64,000 bases of DNA from assembly GCA_022813965.1 (NCBI GenBank), contig JALDZS010000003.1, positions 1-64,000 of the forward strand. The letters are read 5' to 3'. This DNA is from Toensbergia leucococca. Taxonomy: Eukaryota. The translations under genes were made by a program, and so were the position numbers. Numbering within the stretch: the stretch's first letter is position 1; the number at the start of each line of letters is the position of its first letter. Below are positions 1-14,258 of the stretch, in pieces. The notes under the pieces were generated by a model that was given only the letters and a program-made list of their open reading frames with translations, had not been told where the DNA came from and did not search any database.

Positions 1-1323
1 CCCCCCCCCCCCCAAAAAAAATAAAAAAAAAATTCCCAAACTCTCCATTCCCTCGAAAAAAGAAACATCAACCCTCTCTCTACCTCCAGCCCCCTCACCC
101 TCACCAAAAAAAAAAAAGAAAAAAAAACAACAAATCACAATCACCACCCCCCTAACCCAATTCCCACGAAATTCAACCTTCATTAAAAAAAAGAAAAATA
201 AAGAAAAAAAAAAAGAGGGAGTTCATAACATCAACCCCTCAACCCCCCCAACCAGCTCTCCCACAAAAAAAAGCAAAAAAAGGGAAAAAGTTCTGCAAAC
301 ACAGCCTCTCCCAACCTCAACCTCGGGCCATCCCAAAAAAAAAAAAAAAAAAAGGAAAAAAAGAGGAAAAAAAAAAGGAAAAAGAGGAAAAAGTCTGACA
401 ACACAGCCCCTCCCCCCAACCCCCCCTTCTTCAACACCAACATCAACATCAACCCCCCACCCACCCACCACCCACCAACATCCCCATCCCCACCACGACC
501 CACCGTCCCTCCCTACCGCAGAAACAAAAAACACAAAACAACCAAGATTCCCCCCCCCTCCCCCCAAACACACTTTTCCAATACCTTCTAAAAGCAGCAG
601 ACGAAGTGTTGAGAGAAGAAAGAACTAATGCTATGTCTTCATCAAAAAAAAAGTGAATGGATGCATATCCTCCACCCCTCCACCCCCCACTTTTCTTGAT
701 GAAGGAAGGAAGACACGTACGATCGGGACATGAGTGAGATAGTAAGGGGGAATGAGGTTCGTGGGGTTACGGAAAATTTAATTATCAGTAGGGGCGCGTG
801 GTAGGCATACATCCGCACACGAGGCAAGAAAGGGGGGGGGGGCCATGAAGTCACGCAAGGGAAATCATACGAGTAAAAATCCCCATCACCACCAAAAAAA
901 AGAGGGTGTTGATGGCCCCCACAAATCAAAAAAAAATAAAAATTAAAGAACAAAAAAAAGAGGCAAAGACCTATTTATTTAGCTAGCAATAAGAAAGGGA
1001 AGTTTTTTGATTACTTTTCTTCGCCCAAAATAAAAAAAAGGGTTTGTTGAGTTGTTGAGTTGTTGTGGTGGTGTGTGGGGGGTTTTTTTATGAACAAAGA
1101 GATTGTGGCAAAATGCAGGATTGATACAATATGTGTATGTGTACTGAAAGGAAGGAGAGGAGTAGATCTGTTGAAATGACTGTGCACGCATACATGTGTG
1201 AGTAAACGAGTAGATGGGGCCCTTCTATGCAGAAGTAATAGCAGTGAAGCCCTTTCAGTGCCGCAATCCGAGCGCAGTCCGTTCTTCTAAATTCGTCAAA
1301 CCAAATGTGATGGTGATCACGAT

Positions 1324-4300
1324 TTATGTGTAGCTGCGCATAGCATCTTCGCGGAATTAGCATTCAAATTCGAATCTTTTGCGGGAAAAATAAAAGAGAC
1401 ATGGAATTGGGTGGCTTACCTTCATAGCCAGTGCCGCCTTTAAGGTCCTTTTCGAACGTCTCTGCCACTTCGAGAACTTTGGCAATGTGTTCCATGCTAA
1501 GGGGGTTCTTTTCGTTGACGGCCAGAGCCTGGGCAGTTCGAACCGCGTTTTTGATCTGTTGGCAAGGTTTAGTCAGACATGGATTCTCATGTTAGGTGGA
1601 GAATTAGGTGATTTACCTGTCTTCCGTTGAGGTTATGCCGAGCCAACTTATCGTAATCCGCCTCCTTGAAAATTACAATTTCCACACCCTCTTTTGCCTT
1701 GACCTTGTCTAGGAACATCTTCCACACGCTCCGTTTGGCCTTGGTTGTCAATTCTCCGTATCGTAATGCCACGTGTATTCTTGATTGAAATGCGTCGTCA
1801 AAAGTTTCCACGCGGTTGGTTGTCAAGAACAAGATTCCCTGAAAGTACTCCAGTAATCTTAAGAAGATACTAACAAGGGCATTTCGGTGAATATCTTGAA
1901 TTGTTCGTTTCTCGAGGAAGACATCGGCCTCATCAAGGAGGAGGACCGCACCCCACGAGTGAGCAATATCTAGGATCTTGTTGAGTTCTGCTTCAAGTTC
2001 TCGAGGGTTCGTTCCAAGCTCTCCTGCGCTAACCATATACAGTGGGCATTTCAATAGCTCGGCGATACCTTCTGCGGTAAGGGTTTTGCCAGTACCCGGT
2101 GGCCCGTGGAGGACTGCGACTAGACCGCGGCCCTTACCTGATATTATGTGAGCATGAATGGCGAGGCAATATGAACAACAGCTTACCTTGGATCACGTCA
2201 TCAATATTCCGGCTTGCTTGGAAAGTATGTGACTCTACCAATGCTTTAACAATTGATTTCTGGTTTTCCGGCAATACCAAGGAACTGAAAGCACCCTCGT
2301 TCCAATCAATGTCGTTGATTCCCGACACGGTGAATTCAAGCCAGAGTTTCTCACTGAAAGCAAATCCAAGAACCACCGGACTTGCAATCAATAACTCTTC
2401 CTCGGAAAACTCCCGCTCTACTGACCCATCTTGACCGGGCAACTGGTCAATATCTTCTTTCTGAACTTCGTTGCCATTTTCGTCTATCTCGACCTCGACA
2501 ATATGTGGCCTGTCTTCATCGTCCACCACCAGCTTCATTTTGATCCTGGGCTTGTCCGCATCCTCAAGCTGACCCCGAGGTCGCTGCGCATCTTCGTCAG
2601 AAGTCTCGCAACAGCCACAGCTGTCATCGTTGCTTTCTTCATCCTCATCAAGGATATCAGGATCTTTGGGCTTGACAGTCGATATTGGATAATTGGGATT
2701 TATCCGTCGATGTATCGCAGGATCCACCATTACTCTACCGTTGATGTTAACCTTAATGACCTGCCGCTTTTTCTTGTAGAATCCCATGCCCTTGTGAAAT
2801 CGGTAGTTCATTCCCTTGAGAGCAACGAATTTCTTACCCCGCTCAACTAATTGCTGTTTGAGAGCCTCCGAATCTCTGTGGTATTTGAGAGGGTAGCAGG
2901 CTAAGCTTGAAATTTTACGAGGCCCTTTGAATTGCTCGACTTCGACTTCCATTGTCCCCATGCCAAATGTCTTGCCATCATACTCTAGATACCGCCCTTC
3001 GATGTTGTACCATGTTCCCTTCATGAATGAAGATTCCTAGCGCAACAATATTAGAATGATAGCAGTTGGAGCTTTTCGACAGACTTCTTACCTTGGTAGC
3101 GTACTCGATTTTGAAAGCTCTGGGCTCGTCCGGATTAGAATATGTCTCACAATACGCAATCTCGTTGCTCTTAAAAAGAGCCCAGAGCAGATCGAAGGTG
3201 ATTGTGTTTGATTCTAATAACGGGTACAATGTCTTCTTGGTCTCGGCATAGTCCTTGTCGAGATACTTGACCAAGACCTTCACATGAGCAGCTTTCATCA
3301 AGGCAGCCTTCTTAACTTTCTTTTTCTTCTGTGTCTTCTTCTGCAGCTTGAGCTCCTTCATGTGCATGCGAAGTTCTTCGAGGTACAAAAAAAGCATGTT
3401 CGGATCCACGGAAGGAGTTTCCTCTGCAAAGGAAACTCCTTTGACAGCCCCCATTACATGAGTGAGGGCTTCCTTGAGCGGCTTGCTTTTGATGTCAACA
3501 ACAGTGTCTGTGTACTTGTTTTCCCAGTCAAACTTTCGGCGTACTGTGAAGACATACTGATCGTATTCGTCGGCATCGGCATCTTCAGTGGTTTCTGTAA
3601 GCTTGTAATTATGTATTGAGCTGTCCCACAGTTGATCCACCCGAACGAAATCGACTTTGGAACCCCTTGGTAATTATGTCAGCCTCGCTGCACCAAGCAA
3701 GGGGTACATTCATAGGAGATCACCTCTTTTTTTTCTTCCCTTTCCCTTTCGAGCTCAAAGCCTTCTTAATATCTTTGTCGTCAATTGCTATCCGCCCCCC
3801 CCGAGCCCTACGTGCGAGACCCATCCGCCGGAGGTTAGCATTGAGGAGGCGACGATCTTCCTCATCCTCTTCGCTATCGGAGCTTTCGGCTTCCTTCTTA
3901 GTCTTCTTCGCTCGCCGCTTTTTCTTGGACCGAGACTTTTTCCGCTTCTCGTCTTCTTCACTGGAGTCCTCACTCGACTCAGCCTCTGATTCCTCATCGG
4001 TTGAATCTTTATGCTTGCGTGATTTCGCCTTTTTCTTTTCCCTCAACTTCTTCGCCTTCCGGGCTTTGTACTTGCGCTTCTGCTTTGCCTCTTCATCTTC
4101 TTCGGACGAGCATTCAGATTCTGTGGAAATTTCTGACTCGCTGGAGCTGGAAGTGCCGTCGGAAGATGAATCTTCGCTGCTACTGCATTCATCTTTCTTG
4201 GATTTGGATTGCTTTTTGGTGGGCTTTTTGGAACCTTTGGGATGCTTCCGGCATGCAGCTTTCTTTACTTTCTTCTCGCTAGGATCTGTTGTCTTGGTCT

Positions 4301-4583
4301 CGTTTTGTGCAGTCGTACCCTCAGCTACAGGAGGTTGTGCTTTATCGTTGGCACTGGAGCTTTCTGCTTTGGCCTCGTCCATTTTTGAGTTCTTGGTGAG
4401 AGCTTCGGTTAGATGTTCGGTGCTGATGGATTTGTGATTCTGTGGAGGGGTTTCTGATGGAGTAAAGGTAGGAGTAGAGTTGTTGTCAGGATGGCTTGAA
4501 GTATCGGATGCCGTCTTCCGACACGTTGTTAAGGGCAAGAGCTGTTTGGTAGGTTTGTCCGGGGAGGATGATGTCGTTGTCAT
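1324..4583 (-). CDS. Fungal AAA+ ATPase with Lys/Ser/acidic low-complexity N-terminus (multi-exon)
   Basis: Spliced from ORFs 3720-4835, 2978-3640, 2134-3024 and 1587-2054. Walker A HGPPGTGKT near 2080-2110, Walker B LLLDEADVFL, sensor FLTTNR and DDAFQSRIH. Last intron 1347-1419 (GTAAG...CTAAT...AG) gives the terminus GGTGYEDAMRSYT*. Start codon uncertain (ATG 4583 or ~4382). Confidence 0.9.
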
Positions 4584-5648
4584 CGGAGATCGTTGATCAT
4601 CCGACGTTGTCTTAAGAGAGTGTGAAATGGGTGAGTAGTAGGGTTTGCTTGATAACAAGACTTTTCCTGGGAGAGAAATAGAAGAGGAGGGGAATGTTGT
4701 TGGCACGATGACTCGACCAGGAGTCTGTGGCCTAAAGTTGAGAGATAGTCGGTCGTAGTCACAGTCAAATAGGTAGGTCTCGGTAGATTGGTAGAGTAGC
4801 TCAGTAGGTAAGGTATGCTGTACGAGACGAAGCACTAGTGGTAGTCGATTCTAGACTAGATAGAGTTTAGCCGAAGCGGGTAACGCGATGCTGGAACCTT
4901 GTTCGGCTGACCGTGGGGCTGAACAATTAGTCGGAGGCAAATCGGCAAATCTCTTAACTTTTTTACCTATTAAATTCTATCACGGAGCATTGCATCTGGG
5001 ACTTCAGCTCCTCTCTCATTAAGGGGGCAAAGATTTTATAACCATTCAATGAACAGTCCGTTTCATGGAGTTAGTAATTGACTGCTGCAAGAACACATCA
5101 GCAGCAGATTCACCAATGATGATAATGTCGAATCACATGTCTACACGACCTGACTACAAAACGCATGACGGCCCATCCCACATAGACCCTCCATCCACAC
5201 CTCCAGAACACCGCCTCCTTTTCCACCACTCTAGCAGTTTGCCTCTCGTCTCTCTGCTGTACACGCCATGCACTATGAGACCGTTGAAACATTTGCCAAA
5301 CGCATGGATAGTGTTAGTGACCTAGCCTAGCTAGCATCTTCTGACCAGTTGACACACCTTATTCATGATGAGTACGATGTACGAGTCATCGTGAAGTTTT
5401 ATTCCATTTCATGAATCTTATTCCTTTTCCAAAGATGAAGCTCCGGGATAAAGTACATAGTTAGGAAATACTGATTATAAAATCATTATCCCTCAGAGCC
5501 ACAGAATTTCAAGTGGAAACCCAGAATCATACTGCAATATGCTACAGCCCCCCTCTAGTAAGATACAGCATAAGCGCAGCCCTCGATTTCGCATGCAATA
5601 GAACCAACTGTTCGTTGAATGTACGCTCAAACGTAGCGGCAACCACCA

Positions 5649-8600
5649 CTACCTCTTTCCCTTCTTCTTAGCAGCCACAACCTTAAAGGCCGAACTTGCC
5701 TCCTCCTTAGCCCCGTTAGCCGGCCCTTTTTTTGCAACCTCGCTCCATCCACCACTGCTCTTGCTCTCGCTAGTATTGCTAGGAGAGAAGCCCGTGCTGC
5801 CGGTGGCTGAAGCTTCAGGGACGAGGCCTTTGTCGGCGAGCTTACGGCGGCGGATGAATTCCTCGGCGAAGCGACGGCCGTCAAGCGTTTGCGAACTGCC
5901 GTAAATGGAGTCGGAGATGAGGTCAAGGTCTGGAGGAAGTATGAGGAGCTGGGAGACGAAGTCGTCGACTGTGCCTGCTGTCAACGGAGTGTGGATTAAG
6001 AAAGCTCATGTTCCTTTCTGCTTACCGCTGATGTTTGGATTGAGGCCCTTGCTCAATGCACCCTTGACCCACTTCCGGAATTCATCATTGGCATTTTGAG
6101 CGGGACTCAAGCCTCCAGCTATTGTGCTTCGTCCAGGTAGTACGGTTGTTTTGGGTTTAGCAACTGGCGCTGTGGTTGCTACGTTTCCACCGGTACCCAA
6201 CCTGACGCCAGATAGAGCAGGGGTCGGCGCTGGGCCCGTCGGGGTCTTCATTTTACCGCCAGCCCCAACAGTAGTCCATGCACCACTGGGGGCCAAAGAA
6301 ACAGCAGAGGTCACCTTTCCAGCCAGATCTGCATATCGTTTGCCACCAGGCAAAGCAGTACCACCAATGACGTTACTTGCGGTACTAGCGGCTGCAGACG
6401 CTGCAACTCGCTGCTTTCGCGCTTCCTCTTCTTTCTGGATCTGGGCCAGGTTTTTCTTCGCTCCAGGAACAGCTATGGCAACACTAGCCTTACCCGCCAC
6501 AGGTTTTGCCCACACAGATGACCCAGTAGACGTTGGTGTTGTTGGAGACGCGCTGCTAGCCCAATTCGCTGACGATGGTAAACCTGGTGCTGGTATGTTT
6601 ACTTGATTTTGGTTTTGACGTTCTTGCTCGGCAACAGCCCGTCTGGCAGCAATGGCAATTTCTTCTTGTTGAGCGGCCTTGCGGGCCTCCGCGGCCTGAA
6701 TATCCTTGAGAGAAGGACCTTTCAAGCTTTCAACATTCTCCTTCGCCCAAGGAGCCAATGCAGCACTTGGGGTTTCGACGGATGGTGTTTGAGAAGGCGA
6801 TCGAGACTCTATGGTAAACGTGTCTGCGACATTTTGCCTGTTCCTCCGGGCAGCAGGTGCTGGGAGTGGAGAAGATGATTGTGGAGGTGGGAAAGGCTGT
6901 GGTAGTCCAAATTCTATCTTTGCCCAAGGCGACTGGGCTTGTACAGGAGATTCTTTTGCCAAAGTTGCCTTGTGTACTTGTTCCGCCAACGAAAGAGGTT
7001 CATTCTGTTGATTCGATTTTTCTACAACTCGTGTCAGATCAAACAAGTTTGCCCCATCATCCTGCCCTTGTTGCTCCGATGAAATATCAACATCAGTACG
7101 AAGCTGACTAGCTTGTCCACCAATGACACTGCTCGTAGGAAATTGCTGCTGATTGTCATTTTGCGCCCTCAGTTGGTGGTACTGCTCAAGCCGATCAGTT
7201 GTGATTTGGCTGTCATCCAAAACGCCTCTTTGAAACAGGTCGAAGTGATCCTGCTCACGTTGCATTCGAGCTCTTTCGTGCATAATATTCATTACCTGTT
7301 GCTGGTGATTCATGCTATCTTGTTGGATGGGTATGTACGAGGAGCCGGCAAATGGTAATTGCCCTCCACGTCCAGTGTTTAGGCGATCAATGAGCCCGGG
7401 CATTTCATCCTCACGCACAGGACTCAGTACGTCATGACCAGGACCCAAAGGGCCGAGATGAGGACCAGTATTCCGAGGAAGACCGTCGAAGAAACCTGAC
7501 AACCCATTAGGAGGCTGAATTGGTCCCTGCGCTGGAGACGGCTGATATCCACCAGGCGAGGTAATGCTTCCGTAACTAGGCTGACTGTGCAAGCTGTGAG
7601 CACTTGAATGATGGTGAAGCTGCTGAGAGTGTATGGTATGTTGTCCACCCTGTAAATGCTGCATTTGCTTGATCATAACTTGTTGTTGTGCGAGGTGTTC
7701 CTTCTGCCTTGCCATGAGATATTGTTCTTCCTGCTTGCGTCTTTCCAAGGCATTTTGTTGCTCAGCAGTGAGAGTAGTCCCAAAGCTTGGGAAGCTGCTC
7801 GCGAAAGGTGGCTGCGCCGAACCAGCTTGCACCGCAGATGGGGTCGTTGCTGGCACACCACCTAATGCGGGAGCATTACTACTCGGTTGAGCAGTCGAGG
7901 ATCCGTGTGCAATACCTATCTGAGGGACTAGAAATGGTTCACGCGAATTTCCGATTCGTCTAATAAGTTGAGCTAGAGGTTCATAATCTGCATCTTCGAA
8001 TTTCTTCACTTGAAGTTCCGGAGAAAAGAACCCGGCTTTATACCAATCATGCATCTCAAGACCCGACCACGGTCCTTGAGTATTACCCTGCGGATCCCGA
8101 TAGATCCACCTCATACGATCTGGCATTACCATCTGCCGCTGTTGCGCGGCAGGCATTTGACTGGAAGCTGCGGTCGAAGAGTCCTGATCGTGCGTCCGAC
8201 CAAAGAACGAGCTGCCGGCAAGAGATGGCGTTCCACTGAGAGCCGGCGCGGAGGAGAAGGTTGATCCCGAAGACATTGACGTTGGTAGATGGCTGACTGT
8301 GTTCTCACCAATGTCGAGGCCAGCGAGTGGTGAATTAAGTGCTTGCCCGGCTTTGTTACGACTATCCAGAGTACCAAAGAGGTCATCTAACATACCGCGT
8401 CCGGGACGAGGTGGACTATCAATTTCTCGCATTGAGCCACCAAACCCTGGTGCATTCATTGCACTAGGATTTCTTGTGGCACTGAGCTGATGAACATTGC
8501 TATTATCTTGCCTCGTCGAATCTCCCCGTATTTGCTCTTGCATAGCGGTCGGAAAGAGGGAGCCCATTTTGCTTCCGCGGCCAATTGGACCCGCATTTGT

Positions 8601-10713
8601 CGAAGTCCCCGCAGAACCGAAACCCCCATTTCCACTTAGACCAGCATAATTCGGTGATTGTAGATCACCCAGAGAACCAAAGATCGAATCTCCAAATCCT
8701 CCAGAGTACCCAGGTGTGACTCTGCTTGGGGTACCAACTGCGCCAGGAGCTGCCGACCAACCTCCTGAGCTACCCAGTCCACCCAGACCTCCAGGCGCAC
8801 CGAGCGTTGGAAAACCTCTAGTAGGACCGGCGCTGGAGACGTGACCACTTTCATTCGCAGTCGTCTCGAATTGTGCATTGAGACCCCTTGAAAGATGTGC
8901 AAATGGTGCAGCATTAGAAGCACGAGTGTTCTGGAGATCTGAGTCATCAGTATCAAAGTCCTCTGGGGCGCCTTTCTCATTTTCCGGACTATAGTATGGA
9001 TTCGTGTCTGTGGGACTCATAGGTTCGTTTCCTTGGGAAAGCCTCTGATTCTGGGACTGGGGAGTTTGCTGCTGCGAGTATTCGCGACGCTGTAACATTT
9101 CTCGAAAAGGTGGCAAATCGGAAGAAGAGCCAAGGGCAGAGAATCCAATTTCGTCGTAAGATGTTTGACGATCCGGGTTCCTTGACCGTGATGGAAATTG
9201 TCGAAGCGGACTAGCATCGTCACTGCCTAAAGCGGCACTTCCAGTCCGAGGCTGCGAATCTTCATAGGGATTCGATTCGGTACTCATAGGACGTGCCGAG
9301 CGACCAGCTCCCCAATTCAGCGTTGGTGGCTCCTTTGGTGATTCTGTAAGCTTCTCTAAGCTATTGATCGATGCTCTTTCCTTTATCCTCTGGGCTGACT
9401 CCTCGGACTTCTCAACGCCCATCAGCCCTTTGAACCGACTTTCACCACGAAGGCTTCCAAGGGTTGGCTTTCTTTCACCGGGTGTTGGCGGTTGCCCTGT
9501 TGCGCTCCCCAAAGAGAAATTCCCAAACGTCCCCATAGGAGAAAATCCGGCTGATTGAGGAGCTCCAGACCAAGGCGAAGATGGCCCGTTGATGCTTGCG
9601 CTAAGAGGACCTGTAGTCGTTCTCCGAAGGTTACCATAGGGTGAAGGAGAATCAGGGTTAATGCTGGATTTGGGTTCATCTTTGTCAGTGTCTCCCAAGC
9701 TTGGTCCAAAAGCGCCTTCTTTGAGATCTGTCCGGCGTTTGAGGAGAGATGGCAGTGGTGTCGATGTGCTCGACTCATCCCTTGAAAATTTGTTGTTTCC
9801 TGTTGGCGAGGTTAAAAGGTTACCAGATTGTAAAGACTCGCTGGTTTCCCTGCGTCGGGGCCCTGGACGGGTTGACGGCGGAGTTACAGAGTACGTGCTA
9901 GCATTATTCTGGATCTGTGAGACCGAAGTCCTTCGGCCTGCATTCCCATTATTTGATGTACTGTCCTTATTGGAATTCTGTATTGGCGGTTTTAATGGCG
10001 AATTGACAGAAGCAGCGAAAGCCTAATTGCCTCATCAGTAAGAATTCCATGCTCCTATTTGATAGTAACACTCGACGCACTTCTTTTTCATGATCCTCCA
10101 TTTCAACCAGTGCCAAAGGGTGGCTTTTTCCTTCGTGGTCCCAGCAAATATCTGGGCCCGTAGAAACTTCTTTGTGATCCTCCTTTTTACCCCACCCGCC
10201 ATTGCTATTGCCGTTGGTAGCTCCCGGGTGCCATCCGTCGACGAATAAATCCTGTAGACCCGTATTCAAAGGCCCGCTTTTGCTTTGTGCCCGAAAAAGA
10301 TCCAGCAACTGGTCTTTCGAGTAGCGACTCTCAGCAGAGGCTCCATTACGGCTATAACTAGACTGGTAATTTGAGTTTAGATGCGGCGGTACGTATACAC
10401 CAGTGTTTGACGGAGCATTAGTCGTGTTAGATTGGGAATTTTCTCTCTGGTGCGATAGATTTGTTGCCTGAGACGGACGCCTGAAAGTTTGGGTTGCGCC
10501 ATTCGTACGCGCTCTTGACCTGCAAAAGCATGGCATCAGCCCAATGAATCGATTCTTGAGCTCAACGTTCATGCTTTTCTTGCGCATGGGCCATGAAATG
10601 ACTCACCAATCGCCACTACTGTCACCCCGCGTTAAGCCTCTGCCATTGGAGACTCCTTCGACTCCGTTGCCGGCAGCAGCTGAAGCAAAGCTGGATGGGA
10701 GCGGAGAAGGCAT
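5649..10713 (-). CDS. GYF-domain protein (SMY2/GIGYF family)
   Basis: GYF domain WIYRDPQGNTQGPWSGLEMHDWYKAGFF. N-terminus MPSPLPSSFASAAAG (ATG 10713), eIF4E-type motif RYSKDQLLDL, C-terminal FAEEFIRRRK...KKKGKR*. Introns near 10520-10606, 10023-10080 and 5979-6025. Confidence 0.9.
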
Positions 10714-11784
10714 GGTGCTGGTGATTAATCTTTTAATCAGGATCTATCAATGAAGCCTAAGAATGGCGTTGGACAAGGGCTGGCGGTAAAAGTTCGCGAC
10801 GTCAAAGAAGGTGGGAAATGGTGGATTTCAACGAGTGCAGGCCTGTCCTTGGTGGATTCGGATAGATGGGCAGAGACGAGTGCTGGTATTGATCTTTGTC
10901 GGGAGCGATTAGGTATTGAGATTTCGGTAAGATAATTGTAGTGAAAAGTCGCAGGTGGAATTGTCTGGCCAGTACGAGTAGAGAACGAGGAGAAAAGGGA
11001 TGTATTCTAGAAATAAGTGGCAGCCAATCAGGCGTGCCAAGTTCGCGAAGCCAGCCGAAATACTTTTATTATTAAACCCAATGGCAAGCCCTTACCCTCG
11101 ACCTTCGCCCTCGAGCACACGATCATTCTTACTCTACAAGTAGGAAAACAATATTATTACCACAATTTGCCTTTGCCCTCGAAAGACTCCATGTGATTTT
11201 CTACTTCCACTACCACTACCACTTTACATTAGTATCTACATATCAAACCGACAAAACCCCCTAACATAGGTAACTACTCAATCACCATGTCAGAAGCCAG
11301 CCTGTGAAGCTGGCTAGCGTGGTTCACTCTACATTGTTCCATGTTTGTTCCAGTTTTCCTCTTGACTACATCAAGTCACTTTACCCACTGATGAAGCAGC
11401 CAAAGCAAACAAGACCGCCCTCTGAATCGCTGGCATTGGGAAAGTTTGATTGCTGCAGCACCATATTCGGTCTGCTGGCATGAGTGAATGGTACTACTAT
11501 CTTTGGATATAAAGTACGACCGGGTCAGCATGTACTCCCCTCTAACGCTGAATCAATAAAGAGATTTCCCAACTACTTTTCTTTCCTTTAGCTCACCTCG
11601 CTTTAGCCTTCTCTTCCAACACAGGCAGCAAACAAGAATTCAATAGGTTGGCCTACGGTGTTATCTACACCCTCCCATTTTCTTTATTTCATGACTAGCA
11701 CGTTCTGCATCTTACACGCTCGGGAATATTACTCTTGTCTGTCTGTGCCCTGATATAGCTCAGATAACATCGAGGAAAATCGGA

Positions 11785-12519
11785 ATGTCACCACCTTTTG
11801 CAAAATTTCTTACGAACCTGCTGGGTTTTCAAGTTTACAATGACAGGTTTGACGAGGGCGCATTCTCAAAGAAAAAGGGACACCGTCACACTTCACGACC
11901 AGACTATTTCTATCCGAACGCTGAGGGTCCCCGTGGAATCTGGTGTCCACGCCCAGGACATTATGGCGGCCGACGACCATTAATTGTGAGACCACCTATA
12001 TTGAGGCCGCCAATAAGAGTACCGCCCCCTATAAGGCCACCGCTCCTGGATTACATGCCTAGAGAACGACGTCTCAGACAACGGCCCCTCAGAGTCGACG
12101 ACAGACTTCTCGAACGACGGGACCGGCGGCCCTACCGTGATTTGCTCCCCCGAGTTCCTTTTTTAGGCCATAGAGCGGACCATCGTCTTCGGCCTCGCCA
12201 CGACCGTCGAGAACACAGGCTGACCCGCGAACTCGATATATCTTCACAGAGCTCCTCCGAGAGCGACTATTCCATTGACGACGATGGTAATTCTATAATA
12301 CCTCGAAGCTATGAACGCCATCGCCCAATGGACTATCCGGGTTTCCGCCATACCCCACGTCCAGGCTATCATCCCAGAACGCACGTGGAGGATTATGATG
12401 GCTTACGCAGAGGGATCTCTAGAGTCCCAGGCCTAGCGTCTCCTGATCCTTACAGAACTGGGAGATATCGCGACGATTTTGATGACGTTGATGATGAAGC
12501 TACCGAGGATAGTTATTAG
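11785..12519 (+). CDS. Hypothetical Arg/Pro/Asp-rich protein (244 aa, single exon)
   Basis: ATG-initiated 244-codon ORF with coding-like composition and a TATAAA-like element near 11508. No recognisable domain. Confidence 0.6.
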   Translation: MSPPFAKFLTNLLGFQVYNDRFDEGAFSKKKGHRHTSRPDYFYPNAEGPRGIWCPRPGHYGGRRPLIVRPPILRPPIRVPPPIRPPLLDYMPRERRLRQRPLRVDDRLLERRDRRPYRDLLPRVPFLGHRADHRLRPRHDRREHRLTRELDISSQSSSESDYSIDDDGNSIIPRSYERHRPMDYPGFRHTPRPGYHPRTHVEDYDGLRRGISRVPGLASPDPYRTGRYRDDFDDVDDEATEDSY

Positions 12520-13065
12520 GATTAGTATATCGGAGGCTATTCTTACTGTTCTATTAGATCAAGCATATGAGGTCGCCTTGTGTATTGTAATACCAGTGGT
12601 TTTCGTATTCTTGTTCCAATCATGTTCCTGCTTTGATTTCTCATGGACTGCATGATGTATCCCATTTTCTGGGATCACATACTTGTGAGGATTTTATAAA
12701 GCCGAGATAATAATTTACTGCGCTAATAAACGCGTGCTCCTCATCGAGCTTGTCTGTCAAAACGTATGCTGAGCTAGAAACCTTTGATAATTATTGTTTT
12801 GATCAATGAGGGTTGTCAAACGCCACTCATTGAATAATTCTTGGGGACACTCAGCATGAGTAGTAATCATCATATAGATCTCGAAAAAAGATGACCACAG
12901 GGAGACCTGCGTGTTTCTTTACTGGACCTCCTCTTAATCTTCTTTTCTTTGGTTCTATGGTTCTATGAAAGCCCCAATCTCTTCCCTATTCACAAACCAA
13001 ATCGGTGTTTTGAGTCATCTGGAGTCCCTCATCGGTGTATAGGACAACGCATGCGTTATTGGAAG

Positions 13066-14258
13066 TCATACAGTAGTGATTTCTAGTTCGTTTCCCACAC
13101 CCGTTCTTCGACTTACGGCCTCCGAAATCGAAGGCGTCCGGAATACCGACGTCGAAGATGGCAGATCATTGCGCATGCTTATTCCTCCCTCATCTGACTG
13201 TTGCTGCTGCTGCTGCTGTTCCCGATCATCAAGACTGCTTTGTTGGCGATCAATCTCTCGCTTTTTTCTCTCTCTGATGCTCCAGCGTTGTCTCAGCCAT
13301 GGCAAGAGATTGAAATATCCACCGCACGCAAACACGCCGCACCAAAGGATGAACTCAGTAGAGTAGATAACAACTCCAAGGACATTGACATTTGGCTTAG
13401 CCTCAAAGACTGCAACAGGACGCAATCAACCTTAGTTCTAGATGCAGGTCTCCAGACATTGTGGTGAACCGGGTCATACTGACATACAGACAGCAACGAG
13501 AACACGTCTCCAGCTGCATCGATGCCCACAAAGATAAAGCTGATTCCTCTCACTGTTCTCTGCTTGTAGATATCCCAGTAGTGCCTTAGCACGCCTGCCG
13601 AGAGTAGTACAGTGCTCATGACAGCCATCAAGGTCGCTGGCCACTCAACATCTCTGGATCGAGCGTGTCGAACTCCAATGATCAGGCCTGCTTCTGAACC
13701 TGCCATAATCACAATCGTGGGGACCACCAAAGTCAGCGACTTTGTAATTGACCATTTCTATGGGTATGATTGTGTCAGTAGTAGACGGAAATAGTCACCT
13801 ATGTGAACCTTTGAATTTTCGTGTATTTGACAAAGGGTTCAAGAAGCATGACAGTACAGCTCACATTACTGTAATAATGACATTGAATCCAAGTTATTAA
13901 ACTCAGGCATGTCAAGATTTGTGGCTGGATCCGGAGGGCGATGTTAAAGTTCTCCGATATATTGTAGACGCCCAACGGGATTCCAGCCACTGCCCATAAC
14001 ATCATCATCAATGGCTGAAGACCGGTGGTGTCATGACGCCGGTAATTGATGATAATCTGAGGTATGAGCTGAATGCGAGGATGGTATTCATTATTTGAGG
14101 CACATTGAGTGCAGGTTTCAAGCAAGGCATGAGACTTACTTGGACGGACCAGCAGATCTTCAAGAAAGAGTTAGAAGGTCTCTTTGAAGTCTTTGTGATA
14201 GTATAATACTGACTGCACCAAAAGTACCAAGAATATCAGCTGCCACAGGAACATTCAT
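13066..14258 (-). CDS. PQ-loop repeat membrane protein (multi-exon)
   Basis: N-terminus MNVPVAADILGT (ATG 14258). PQ-loop motifs QLIPQIIINYRRHDTTGL and YWDIYKQRTVRGISFIFVGIDAAGD, multiple hydrophobic segments, poly-Q in the tail. Confidence 0.85.

Noticed and set aside
1..1100. A/C homopolymer-rich start of the window and the ORFs 223-573, 231-503 and 642-953
   Set aside because: The ORFs are low-complexity artefacts. The tract may be a low-quality contig end or an extreme skew tract; a possible + strand gene end (LLKAADEVLREER...*) near 585-656 cannot be supported.
3616..4437. Long antisense ORFs over real genes (also 19121-19726, 21389-22000, 40130-40657)
   Set aside because: Shadow frames produced by the codon bias of the opposite-strand CDS.
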